From the NCBI GenBank assembly GCA_039621445.1, contig CP154954.1, forward strand, positions 23,014,954-23,078,953: a stretch of 64,000 nt of DNA, written 5' to 3'. This document shows, one piece after another, positions 23,707 to 35,141 of the stretch (its first letter is position 1; every line of letters begins with the position of its first letter). Source of the DNA: Euglena gracilis. Taxonomy: Eukaryota. Below the pieces are notes generated by a model. It saw only the letters and a program-made list of their open reading frames with translations, was not told the DNA's origin and searched no databases. A program made the position numbers and the translations under genes.

Positions 23707-24750
23707 TTAATACCACCAGGGGTAGGGCTGCGGTGGGGGGTATGGGTACGGTTGGGGGGGGGTACGGTGGTTGATGTGTGTGGCAGAAACGATTGCAGCT
23801 TGGGTGGTTTTGTTTCCACTGCACTCCTCCGTGCCCTTGCCGATCCCCTTGTAAGGTATGGGCTTGGGAGCCCAGGGACGGCGGGAGGCCGGAGGGGCTG
23901 TGGACTTGGAGGCGGGCTGAGCTGGGGGCTTGGGTTCGGGGTTGCTTTTGGGCTTCTTTGCTGAAGCCGGTGCACCTTCCGCCCTTCGCTTGGGAGGTGG
24001 GTGTGTGCGGTGGTACTGCCGCACAATTTCCTTCCCCGTTTCCACCTGGATTCCCCGATTGGCCTTGCCCTTGACTGGGCGTATGGGGCAATCCATCTTA
24101 CGGTGGCCCAGCTCGCCACAAAACCAGCAGGTGGCAGGGGGTAAATCCTCCTCCAACCGTCCTTTATTTACAAAAGGGTTCTGCTCGGCTGTACCGATGA
24201 GCAGACCGTGGCCCTTCCCTACCCTTCTCTCACTCCAAACCAGGAGTGAGATTAACAGATGTACCCGTTGAGGAAATCGGCCTCCTCCGACCACAGGAGG
24301 AGGTACCGTTCGCCTCGGAGTTCCTTCCATAATGCAACATGGACCCACACCATGTCCGCATTTGGGAAATGAACAAGCACATGGGACCTTTGTGCTTGCT
24401 CGAGGTAAAATCCTCGGACCCACCTCCAGTGGTTTTGCCACCGAGAACTTTCCCCCATCACTTCAATCCAATCGGGTACACGGGATGGGAACCAAACCGG
24501 CACCCATCCATTTATGTCCACATAAGCAAAACCATCCACATCGACAATTCGCTTGACGATGCGGCTTTTGCCTTTTGATGTTGGCAAACTCATCCCGCCC
24601 CCATCCGGGGTTGGATGAAATGGTAATTGCCCTTCTCCACCCATCAAAACAATAAAATACGGATCCCCGGCTAGTTCCTCCCTAGCCGTTCGGATGTCCG
24701 GATACAAACTTTCGATAACCACTCCGCTCTCGGGGGTTCAGGGGCATATC
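23707..24750 (-). CDS. Element B 3' accessory ORF (frameshifted; 24252..24722 plus 23707..24441) with CCHC zinc knuckle
   Basis: W-rich globular-looking segment followed by CWFCGELGHRKMDC and a basic Pro-rich tail; lies between pol and PPT. Confidence 0.6.
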
Positions 24751-25077
24751 GAAAAATAGCGTCCCAAGCTTCCGAAAATCCTTCGGTTGCTTGAACCCCA
24801 TCCAAACCCGGACAGGGTTGATGGATGAGTTCTGGAAATAAAAACTCAAAAATGACGAAGAAGCACTGCCCTCATCATTTGTCTGAAGTGCCTTTTACAG
24901 TTCTGGGGTGACCTCCTCCTCCTCCGAGGGTGCCGCCTCCTCCTCTGTGGGGTTTTCCGTTGGCACGTCCACCTGCATCTGTGAAGGGGCACGGAGTGGG
25001 ACCTCCCCCTCCCCAGGCAACCACTCCAGGCCCTTTTTCACCTCCCTTTCCCCCTTTTTTCAGGTTGCCGTTGTTTT

Positions 25078-28000
25078 TTAATCCTTAGAGACATCTAAAG
25101 GCAACCCTTTTCCCAGGCAATACGCTATTACGTCGCTATTGTACTCCTGGAGAAAATGTTCCACCGGTTCCCAATTCGCCTCCTCAAACCCTTGCCACTT
25201 CGTTAAGAAAAACATTTTTCCCTTAACGAACTTGTGGTTTAGGATTTTATCCACTAACCAGGTATCTGGGGCACCTTCCGCCTCAGGTGCCGTCCGCCGG
25301 TGGAAAAATAGGGGGATAGGCTTATCTGATGTGGGGTCCTCCACATACACCTTCAAAGCCTTCCTATGGGCCTTCATAATATAGCCCGGTTTAAGCTCAA
25401 TTAGGTAGGAGTGAATTCCCTCCCTTGCAGTAACCTTGCAAGGGCCCAACCAAAGGGAATCCAATTTTGTGCCACTATCGGGGGGTCTCAGGTACCACAC
25501 CAGATTTCGCACCTCCAATGGCCCCCAACCGTCTAAACCACGGTTGGCCCGAGCACATTGCTTGGCATGCAAATTATTCATTTTGCCAGCCACTACCAAA
25601 TCAATTTCTCTTTGCCGAGAGAAAAATGATCTGGCATCTTCACAATCCCTTAACGGTTCATAAGGTAAACCACCCAGTGAACGGTGCCGACCGAACAAGA
25701 TTTGAAATGGGCTTAGGCCACTCTCCCCCGGCGTATCATGGATACGGTCTAGTGCTTGGGGGAGGGCTTCAACCCATTTCAACTTGTCCTCAACCTGAAT
25801 TTTCATAAGCCGTTCCATTATTTGTTGCGCAGCCCTCTCCGCCCTACCATTCGCCTGGTGATGGTAGGCCTGGGAGCAGGCTTGCCTAATTCCCATCAAG
25901 GCACACATTGTCTGCCACCAACCGGAGACAAAATGTGAGCCTAGATCGGAAGTAATAATGGAAGGGAGGCCAAAAGGTCGCCAAGCATGCAACAGCATTT
26001 GCTTGGCTGCCTTGGCTCCCGTAAATCCTTTTGCTAGGTGGGGGATCGCCACTATCCAACCGGAGTGACGATCCACACACACAAGCATGCAGTCGTAAGA
26101 ATTACCTTCCCACTGCACGAGGGGCATGCTGAACATATCAAGGGCCACCGAATACATTACGGCTGGGGGTATGGGTGTAGATTCCACTAAACCCTTGAGA
26201 CTCGCCGGCCTTCGGCACGCTTGGCAAGTCCCACAAAGGCCCATGACTCCTTTAGCAACATCTCGAGCGAGTGAGTGATCAGCCCAATCATACCTAAGGG
26301 ACATGCATTCCCATAGCCTTGGGAATCCCACATGCCCTTGGTATGAGTGGTGATCCCGAATGAGCTTTTCTTGGAGAGATTTGGGCACACAAATCCTCTC
26401 CTTGAAAAACATTTTGTCACCAAAAACCTTGACATTTTCAGGCCACGGCACCTTTGAATCCTGGGTAGCCTGAAAAATTGGTGACCAACGGGGACATTTT
26501 AAATATTCCTCCTTCCACGATAAATCCCACACAGAACCAGGGGGGATGGGTGAGGAATCGGTTGTAGAAGTGGCTCCCCCCCCCTCACCACTCAAACCAC
26601 CCGAAGACAACACAGGTGATTCTCGGTCTGCCCCAGGTACCTCAGTGGTAGCCGCGGCAGCAGGTGCAGGGGTTGGCATTGTTGGCGAAGCTGGTATAGA
26701 AGTGGGTGTCAATGGAAAATACTCTCCCCTTGGCTCTTGGACCTCCTCCAGAAGATTTGTTTCATTCCCTAACTCGTCAACCCGAGTTAAGAATGAAACA
26801 TGTTTTCCCTTTTCTCCCTTGGGGGTGGAGGTTGCACCCAAAACCTGGGGTTTTGTTCCTCCAAGTGGTTCTGACTTCCTATCCCCCGGTCGTGTGCACC
26901 GTCCACCCGCGTCCCCGGACCCCGTGGTAGCACCACCCCGTGTGGTGACTCCACGAATGTATGCGTTGGCTGTGGTTGGTTGGTCCACCAACCGTAGCCA
27001 CATACATTCGGCTTCCTCCATTTTTTCTGTTTGAATGACTTCCCTCATTTCCTCGGTGTCAAGGGCTGACCCATGCCTTGAAATGTCCTTCAAGGCTTGG
27101 GAGGCCGGGTAAGCCCATCTTGACAAAAAATCGGCCATGGTATTCTCCCGCCCCGGGATATACCCAACCGACAGGTCAAATTTTGATAAAACCCGATGCC
27201 ACCTAGCCCTTCTCCCAATGGGACCACTTGGCGTGTCTGGAACCTCTCTAGCCCAAGATTCTAGAGCCTTGTGGTCCGTGAGAACCAGGACGGGCTGCAG
27301 CCCAATCCATGATTTCCACTTTTGTAAGGCTAGGATTATGGCATAAGTCTCCTGTTCCCTAGGTACCCAGTTTCTTTGGCTGCCCGTTAGCTTCCTACTC
27401 ATGAAGGCGACAGGCACAGTACGCTTGGTCCGTACGTCTTCAGGAGTAGGAGCCCTGTCCTCCCCAACCAATTGTTCAAGGGTGGCACCAACCGCATACT
27501 GGCTGGCATCCACTCTTAAAACAAATGGTTTGTCTGGCTTAACGCGTTGTAAAATTAATTCACTGCACAACAGTGCTTTAATGTTTTCAAATGCCTCAAT
27601 GTCGGATGGTTCCCAAGAAATCCTTTTCTTGGAACCTTTCTTGCCGTCCACTCGTGAAACTTTGAGCTTATCCTGAAGGCAAGCGACAATGTGGGCATAA
27701 TCCTTCACATAGGAGCTGTAATAATTTGTGAACCCGAAAAAGGCACGTAGACCCGTGATTGTTTGGGGTAGCTCCCATTTTTCAATGGCCATTAGCTTTC
27801 CAGGGGATGGTTTTCTCGCCCCACCACCCAGAACATGGCCACAAAACTCAACTTGTTTTACGAAAAGGTGACATTTTCTTTTGTCGGCTACAAAGCTGTC
27901 TTTTCGTAAAACTTCAAGGACTCTTCGCAAATCCTTGTCATGTGCTGCGAGTAAATCCTCACCAGGACCCAGTCGAGTTCCAATCAAAATGTCGTCGATG

Positions 28001-29479
28001 TAAGGATCAGCCACGTCCCCCACCGGGAAGAGGCGATCCTCCATCATTTGCTGAAATTGCTGGCTTGCGTTTGTTAGACCCATCACATTAACCTTCCACT
28101 GAAAAAGACCGAGGGGGGTACTGCAACATGTGATGGGCCGGCTTTCCGGGTCCAACGGCTGTTGGTGGAAAGCCTGCCGTAAATCCAAGATGGAAAACAT
28201 CATGTTTCCACCTTGTTTTACCAGGAGGTGTTCAATTACGGGAAGGGGGTAGGACACACTCCTAGTTTGACTGTTAGGCCCCCGCATGTCTACCACTCCC
28301 CTCCGTTCACCTCCTTTTTTCGGCACTACAAATGTTACGGACAGCCATTCCGAAACTGTTCCCTTGGGTAATCGCTCAACAAATTTCCGGTCCCACCATT
28401 CCTGTGTGACCTTTTTGTGAGCTTCAAATCTTTCACCGTGTAAGACAAAGGGTCTTTGCCTTGTGGGTACAGCCCCCTCCTTCAGAGGAATCTGGGCGTA
28501 ACCATAAGGTCCCCGTACGGGAGGGTCAGGGGGTACCTCCGTACCCAACACTTCCCCTTCATAATCCTGAAAAATTTTATCCCGAAATGCTGGCACCCTG
28601 GGGTCTTCCTTCTCACCCGAGTCGCGAGCCTCGATTATGGCATTTACTGCTTTGTCCTCGGCTGGCGATTCGGTGAGATGCTTGGCTATGGTATGCAATT
28701 CCTTCTTGCCAAGTAATTTTGGTTGCGTATCAAAGCCTTGCAAGGGTAGGTGCAAATTCATTTTTTGCAGGTCCAACCACACCTTTTCATTTTCAAGGGA
28801 CTCCGTGGTTGGTGCGTTTTCAGGGGATTCTCCGAAGTCAGAAACCACAACCCCAATTCTTTTTTGTGAATTGTGTTTTTTCTTCCCCTTATGGTATTTC
28901 CTTTTCCGATTTCTTGTATCCCACCCGTACAAGAAAGTCAGATTAGGGTTGTCAAAAACCGAGGCCTTATGGTGTGGGAACACACCCAAACCATGTTCGG
29001 CTAACCATGGAAATGATAATATAGCATCTACCTCAGTATCTGCGAGGTAAAATTCCCCTTCGCGGTACAAGGCCTGGGTCCCCGCCTGCCCCGTGCCCCT
29101 GCGTTGAAAAACCAACTCCAACTTAATACTGGTCGCCCCCCAAAACACATTGGCCGTTGGCAGCCACCAGCCGAATAGGCATTCGTGGTGACCTGGCCAA
29201 ATGTTTTGGAACGATGGACCTTTTGCCCAGGTTCACCTGGGCTCCCGTGTCCACCAAAACTTTGAGCTGCTTGGTATCTCCGTTAGGGAGATACGTCTGT
29301 GATGACATCAAAAGTTGCAGCTCGTTTTCAATGGGCAACACCTGATTAACCTTCAATGTGTTGGCCAAATGACAGCAACGGTCTGGAATTTCCCATTCCT
29401 CAAAATGCTGGGAATTTTGGGAAGTTTCTTTGGGCTGCCGCCCCAGAAAATCCCTAGCACTTAGGAGATAATCAATCAC
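25078..29479 (-). CDS. pol: Element B pol: PR (VLVDTGA, frameshift ~29140), RT, RH, INT, chromodomain
   Basis: 1356-aa open frame: LDLRQAFHQ, YIDD, VDASQYAVGATL, TDHKAL, HHSYQGH..CGTC, ITSDLGSHF, NGRAE, DTWLVDKILNH..TKWQG..NWEP. Confidence 0.97.
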
Positions 29480-30213
29480 CAGGGGGGAATTCTTCCTTTT
29501 AGTCGGGGAGTAAACTTCATTTTTCTGCCCCCCAACAATTCACGGTGCCGGAACTGCCCATTGTCCCCCATAATCAGGTCAGGACACGATTCGCCATCGC
29601 ACAACACCGACCGTTGTTGTGAAATGGCTGGGCAGCACCAGAAACGTGTGGGCTTTTTATAACCCCAATCCGAAAACTGACAATAATCAATGTCGATATA
29701 GGGCAGGTTTTTCACCACCTCCCTATTTCGCAAAAGACCAGTGCGGGGGTTCTCCAACCACCACAACTTTGGCTGAAAATAATTTATAATTTCCAGGGCT
29801 TTCTCCACCAGGGCATCCGCCTGGGAGAAATCCTTCGGCCTGGGGTTATAGGCTGTGGAATAAACATTACAGGGGGGACTAGCGGCAATAACCACAAAAA
29901 ATCCAACCGGGTATCGCCTGTAGTCCCAGGTCAAAATGTCTGTGTGGGGGTGGAAGTCCGTCCTGGGGGCATTTTCAATTGACAAAACTTCATACCACCG
30001 TTCTGCCAACCGCCTCCCTACTGAACCCGTGCCAGCGAATAAGTCTAATGCCTGAGGTCGCTGGACTGATGGTAGGGGGTTGGGCTGTGGCAGGTTTGAA
30101 TGCAAAACAGGAACCCTTGAACATTTTCCTTCCCTCCAGGAGTATCGGGTCCGATTCAAAAATCTGGGGGGCTGATCCAAAGAATGTGTTTTACCACACC
30201 CTGAATCAGCCAT
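29476..30213 (-). CDS. Element B C5-cytosine DNA methyltransferase
   Basis: Intact motif I LDLFAGTGS, motif IV ASPPC, motif VI WLENP, IDYCQF..GYKKPTRFW; adding one C to the C6 run at ~29482-29487 fuses it to PR (RIPPLVIDYLL, cf. A HIPKGVVRYL). Confidence 0.92.
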   Translation of the reverse strand: MADSGCGKTHSLDQPPRFLNRTRYSWREGKCSRVPVLHSNLPQPNPLPSVQRPQALDLFAGTGSVGRRLAERWYEVLSIENAPRTDFHPHTDILTWDYRRYPVGFFVVIAASPPCNVYSTAYNPRPKDFSQADALVEKALEIINYFQPKLWWLENPRTGLLRNREVVKNLPYIDIDYCQFSDWGYKKPTRFWCCPAISQQRSVLCDGESCPDLIMGDNGQFRHRELLGGRKMKFTPRLKGRIPPW

Positions 30214-30267
30214 AAAATCATGTACAGCCCAGTTTTTTGAATCAGAAATATTTACACCGTTTTCCTC

Positions 30268-30330
30268 ACAGGGGGGAGAGACACGGCCATGGGCAGCCCC
30301 CCCTTTCTCAAACTGCCCCTGGCCCCCCTA
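30268..30330 (-). promoter_or_regulatory. Putative gag stop-codon readthrough signal (UAG-G plus pseudoknot)
   Basis: TAG followed by 38 sense codons in frame to the MTase ATG; GGCCAGGGGCAG pairs with CTGCCCATGGCC, and loop AGGGGGG pairs with downstream CCCCCCT. Confidence 0.65.
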
Positions 30331-33300
30331 TTGGGCCCCAGGGGGAGAAGAGGTGGGCCCACCCTCCTTTGACCATGCACCCCCCTTGCCTGAGGAATTT
30401 CGCTGAGTGGCTGGCTGCCCTTTACCCTTGGGCTGCCCCTTGCCTTTTCCATTATTTTGCCAAAATTCCTTAGATTTAGCAAGGGCCTCACTCAGCGGTT
30501 TATCACACTCATAAAAATAATGTCCACACTCCCCACAGTTGAAGCATGGATACAAGGACCTGCCCATACCCGATGCCTGCGGGGTCCAGGTCTGCCCCCC
30601 CTTGCCTTGCCGGGCTGGGGGTGCTGGACTTTGGGTTCGCGACCATGGAACTGCTGCTGATCGCGAAGACGAAGAAGGGGACCTGCCCCGTGGGGCTGGC
30701 TGGGCTGCCCCCTTATCGCCCTTCGCAGCTGGCTGTGGGGCAGACTTTGAGGTGTGACCCTGCCCCCCAGCTGCTGGTGCTGAAACAGATGTTCGGGACA
30801 CCGGGGGGGTCTGGCCTTTCTCCAACGCCTGTATTTTCCCCGAGCCTTTTGTTGTCGATTTGCTGAATAATCTGGGAAAATGGTGCTGATTCAAAGCCAA
30901 ATCCTGCTTCTCCCGAAGAGCTAACTTGCCCTCGGCAAAAGCAAACATTTCCTCAACAGTCATTAGTTGTTCCACCAATTCGGCGTTGAGGAAATTTTCC
31001 ATTCCCTGCAATTTCCTTCCATTTACGGCTGTTAATTTCAGTGCCTCCTCCGAAGAAACTGAAATAAAAAGGCAAATGGCACCAGGGCTTTTGATAACCA
31101 CTTTCCGTGGATCAATCCCCCCAGTGATCTGGCTCACACTCCTTTTAATCCCATCCACCGTGGGATTTGGTATCCCTGTGAGCCTGACAATGGGTTGTTT
31201 TTCCGGGCTCGGTTATACTCCTCTTCTATGCAAAACGTGCTTAAAAAAGGAGGAATTCTTTCCAAGAATAATCTCCGAGCCTCCCCGGCTGTGGCATCCT
31301 TAACATGGTGCCAGGCACTGCAAAATTTGATCCCAAATTCGTGCAGATCAGCCCGGGTTATTTTTCCTTCGTTTACCATGGTTACCTCTTGCCATATTTT
31401 CCGAGCCGTTAGCCCCTTACTCGAGGCATAACGGTTCTGGAACTGGGCCAATATGGTGGGGTAACTTAATTTAGCTCCATTCAACCGATAGTGCCTGATT
31501 TCCTCCCTTAATCTGCGTCCTAAACATGCCTCAAAAACCTGCAGCTTTTGCAAATCAGAATACGGTTTCCCTGATGTCAACCTATCCCAGTAAAGATTCC
31601 AATCTACTTCAAAAACTTGCCAGGAAATGCTGCCCGATTCATCAAAATAGGGCTTAGCACCTCCCTGCAAAATTTCAAAAGGTACTGGGTCGCCAATAAA
31701 AGGAAAACCCAACCCGTTACCTGGGTTGGCTGCAGCCCCCCCTGTCCCGATAGGCCCAATCGAGAAAGCAGGGGCTGCAGAAACATGTGGGGGGACACAC
31801 AATGACACCAAAGAAACCACTGGCGTATCTTGCATGTCCTCCAAAACAAAGCCCCCCTCAGCAACTAAGGGAGGGGAAATGTTTGAACCTGCAGATTTAT
31901 TTTGTAGAACATTCAGATCTGAAAAAGCTGGGTCAGCACTGGGCACCGTGCTGGCCAGAGGGCTGGAAGGCTGCCCCAGGGGCTGCTGCTGTCCAGCCGA
32001 CGGCAGGCCCAGCCCCCTTGGCAGCCCGTGAGCAGGCAGCGCCTGGCCTGCTGGCTGGCCAAGTTTCTGGGCTAGCTGGACGACGGGCTGCTGGGCCAGC
32101 TGCTGCCCAGGCTGTGGCAGCTCCACTGGGTGCAGGGGCTGCTGGCTGCCCTGCCGCAGCCACCACATGTCAGAAATTTTCTGCAACACTCCTCTCGGTT
32201 CTGCACTTGGGTGTACGGGTCCATTTTTTTGTAAATCCTGCAGCACTTTCTGTAACTCGAAAGTGTTCCCCCCAACTTTTGCAAGTCCCCGCCTTAATTC
32301 CTCCACCAGCCCACCAAATTCTTTCTCCTGGGAAAAAATCTGCTGATAAACACTCTGAAAATTCTGCTGACAATCCGTCAACAGTTTTTGCATTTCTGAG
32401 TGTCGTTTCCCTGCTTCATCTGAAATATTCTGGTGCAGTTTTTGAATACCCCCACCAAAACCATGGAGGGCTGTATTCATCGCTGAGTTTTGTTCACCCA
32501 GCTGGCGAACATAATCGGTGAACTGCTGAAGCTGCTGAGCCTGGCCCTGGACCGTACCTCGCAGCGACACCAGGTCAGCCTGAACTTCAATGATTCTGGC
32601 AGCGACAACGGCCAGCTCCTGGAGAGTTTCTGCCTCCCCCCCCTGAGCTGGCTGGGCGGCTTTAAAATTCTCAGCGAACCGCTGAAAATTTTCAAGCACG
32701 AGATCCTTAATTGGCAAGGCAGCCACCTGATTTTGCACTTGTTTCAAAATTTCCTGTGGCAGGTTGTCCAAAATTCGTAAAAACTCCTGCCTCAGTGCCA
32801 AAAACTGATCACGGCTCGAAGAAAACTGCTGGGCCAGTTTTTCCTCAAAACTTTTTTCCTGCCCGACAAAAAGTTCGAGTGCCTGTGCGTCTATTTTTTG
32901 CACAGAAATTTGCACCTGGGCCTCACATTTTTTCTCAAAAAGTTCAAAAATATGGAGGCAGTCAGCCCTGGCCGTTTCTTCGATTCGTGCAGCCATGTGC
33001 TCTACCAGGTGGACGTCGACTGCAGGGGGTTGTTGCTGCTGCTGCTGCTGCTGCAGAACCCACTCTTCGTTGGCTTTTTGCAAAGCCAAAACCCGAAAAG
33101 TCAGGTGCTGCACAGCCCACTGGAGGTCTCTGTTACTTTGTAAAAATTGCCCCCAGGGGTCTTCAAATCCTGAAGATTTTGTGAACCCCCCTGGGGGTGG
33201 CTTCGGAACTTTCATAGGCTGGGGGTTGGACCTCCTCCTCACCCCCCTCGATGAAAATATGAGGAGGCGGGGGGGCTGCAGCAGCTGCTGGCTGACCGTG

Positions 33301-33960
33301 ATCAACCTCACGGTGCAGCCGTTTTTGCTGAACTTCATCACTGCCTGGTGATGAAGCCGGTGTTCGGGGTCGTCGAGCAGAAGTAGAGCTGGGCTTGTCC
33401 TTCGGGTTTTCCTCTGCCTGCTCGACTTCTGCTCTGACCCGTTCGCTGCTGTTCCAGTTATTTTTATCGTTTAAGCCCAGCACATTGACCTGTGCTTGCT
33501 TTTCAAAGAAAACTGGGCTGGGGTTATCACGCCCCTGCCCTGCCGAGGCACTTGCCGTTTCCTTCGCCAGCCCATCTACCTGGGATGGTTGGGAAAACTG
33601 CAAAAGTGCCACCGGCTCTTGGGCTGGTGTTTGAGAAACTGGTTGAGCTGGAGGCAAAGGCAATGCAAAAGCGGGTAACGATGGCAGATTCCCTAAATTT
33701 TGCACCCATGAAAAGTCTGGGAGAGGTTGCAACTCAGGCAGCACAAAACCATACCCCATATTTTGCAACGGCAAAACCCCCGAAAAAGGCTCTGGAAAAC
33801 ACGGTTGGTTGGAAATGACAACCTGGCCATCCCCACCCTGTAATTCCAACATCTGTCTCATATTTGTAGGGGTTCTGAGTCCAGCCAAACTGGTTTCGGG
33901 TCCCAACTCCCTGTGCCCCGAAACTCCAATCGTCAGATTTGCCATCTGAGATTTGGCCAT
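30328..33960 (-). CDS. gag: Element B gag (Q-rich coiled coil, capsid-like region, CCHC knuckle); two homopolymer frameshifts
   Basis: ORFs 33163..34044, 31134..33341, 30328..31158; KPYFDE..W..F...W; CFNCGECGHYFYEC. Confidence 0.85.
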
Positions 33961-34021
33961 TGGCTGATAATCAAAGAAAACATTCTGAGCAGGGATTTCC
34001 AACCCAAAATTTCTGACAGAA

Positions 34022-34036
34022 GGCTGAAGGCCACCA
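34022..34036 (-). promoter_or_regulatory. Element B primer-binding site TGGTGGCC (tRNA-Ile-like)
   Basis: Immediately follows LTR end TGAAACA; tRNA assignment rests on 8 nt only. Confidence 0.65.
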
Positions 34037-35141
34037 TGTTTCACACCCGTGCTGCCATGTCCCTCGGCAGCACTGGGGTGAAGCGGAAACCCCCGCCCTG
34101 GGCCAGTTTCATGCGTAGGATCGTTTTTTGGCTCCTCGAGCCGACTTGTGTCAGAAATTTTTTCCCATTCTGGCCCCGCCCTGTGGCCGAAACTGGGCCA
34201 TCATTTCCAAGGAGGAACCTCCCAGTGGACCCTCCCCGACCCCTGAGGGGGGTGTCACTGGGATCTCCAAGGGGGGTGCCTTTGGGGTTTTAACCCCTCC
34301 CTGCTCAGCTGAACCAGTGAGAGCCAACACCCCCCCCCCCCTGGATGTCATTTCTCACAGTTTCTGGGCCAAAAAGGGGGTTTTGGGGTGAAAATTGGCC
34401 TGTGGTTGCCTGAGTTGAGGAGTCCCACCCCCCTGCCCCTTTTCCCACAGATGAGGTGGGGGGAAGACAAACCTCACCTTCTTCAATTGAGCTTTCTTGA
34501 TTGATTTGTTGTCCTTCCATTTGCAATTCCAATTGTAAATCCAAGTTCAATGATTGAATGTAATTGGTCGTAATTGACACAACAAATGCAATGGTGAAAC
34601 AAGTGAAGAGGAATTCCCTGTGAAAGAAAATATGATTTTGATGCCCCTGATGGGCAGTTAAATTTCGGATTGAGTGCGCTGATTCCTAAGCGCTGTCAAA
34701 TCCCAAATCCTAGCCCATTGCATCAAAATCAACCAACCCAAGTCAAAATCAAGGTTTCCCCCCTTGATTTTGATAAATTATGCTGAATTCCATCATTATT
34801 GAGCTTTGCAAACCCCTGCAAAAACTCCAGGAACTCAGGCGCCAATCTCTTAAAATTCTGTTCCAAGCGCTTGCAAGCGCTCTCACCAAATCCAACATTT
34901 TCCCTTAAAACCAAAGGAAAAATGCGTAAAAAGCTAAACATTATGCTAAATAGACCCAAAATCACCCTTACCTAGCATCACTCAATCTCTCTCCTTGCAC
35001 AACCAAACCATGGGCGCATTAGGAGAGGGAATTTTAATGGAAACCTTTAGAAAGCCTTAAAATTAGAGCTAAACCGCCCTTAAAAAGGCCTTCTAAAAAG
35101 GAAAAACTCCGCCGCCCGGCGGTCGACCTCAAAAGGTCGTC
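34037..35141 (-). repeat. Element B 5' LTR (~1105 bp)
   Basis: Matches 21839-22673 plus 18032-18307; ends CA; terminal T lost or mutated. Confidence 0.92.

Larger units (their letters stand above)
21839..35141 (-). mobile_element. Element B: near-intact Ty3/Gypsy chromodomain LTR retrotransposon (LTR, PBS, gag, C5-MTase, PR, RT, RH, INT, CHD, 3' ORF, PPT, LTR)
   Basis: Paired ~1.1 kb LTRs, PBS, PPT, TSD and complete domain set. Confidence 0.95.
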
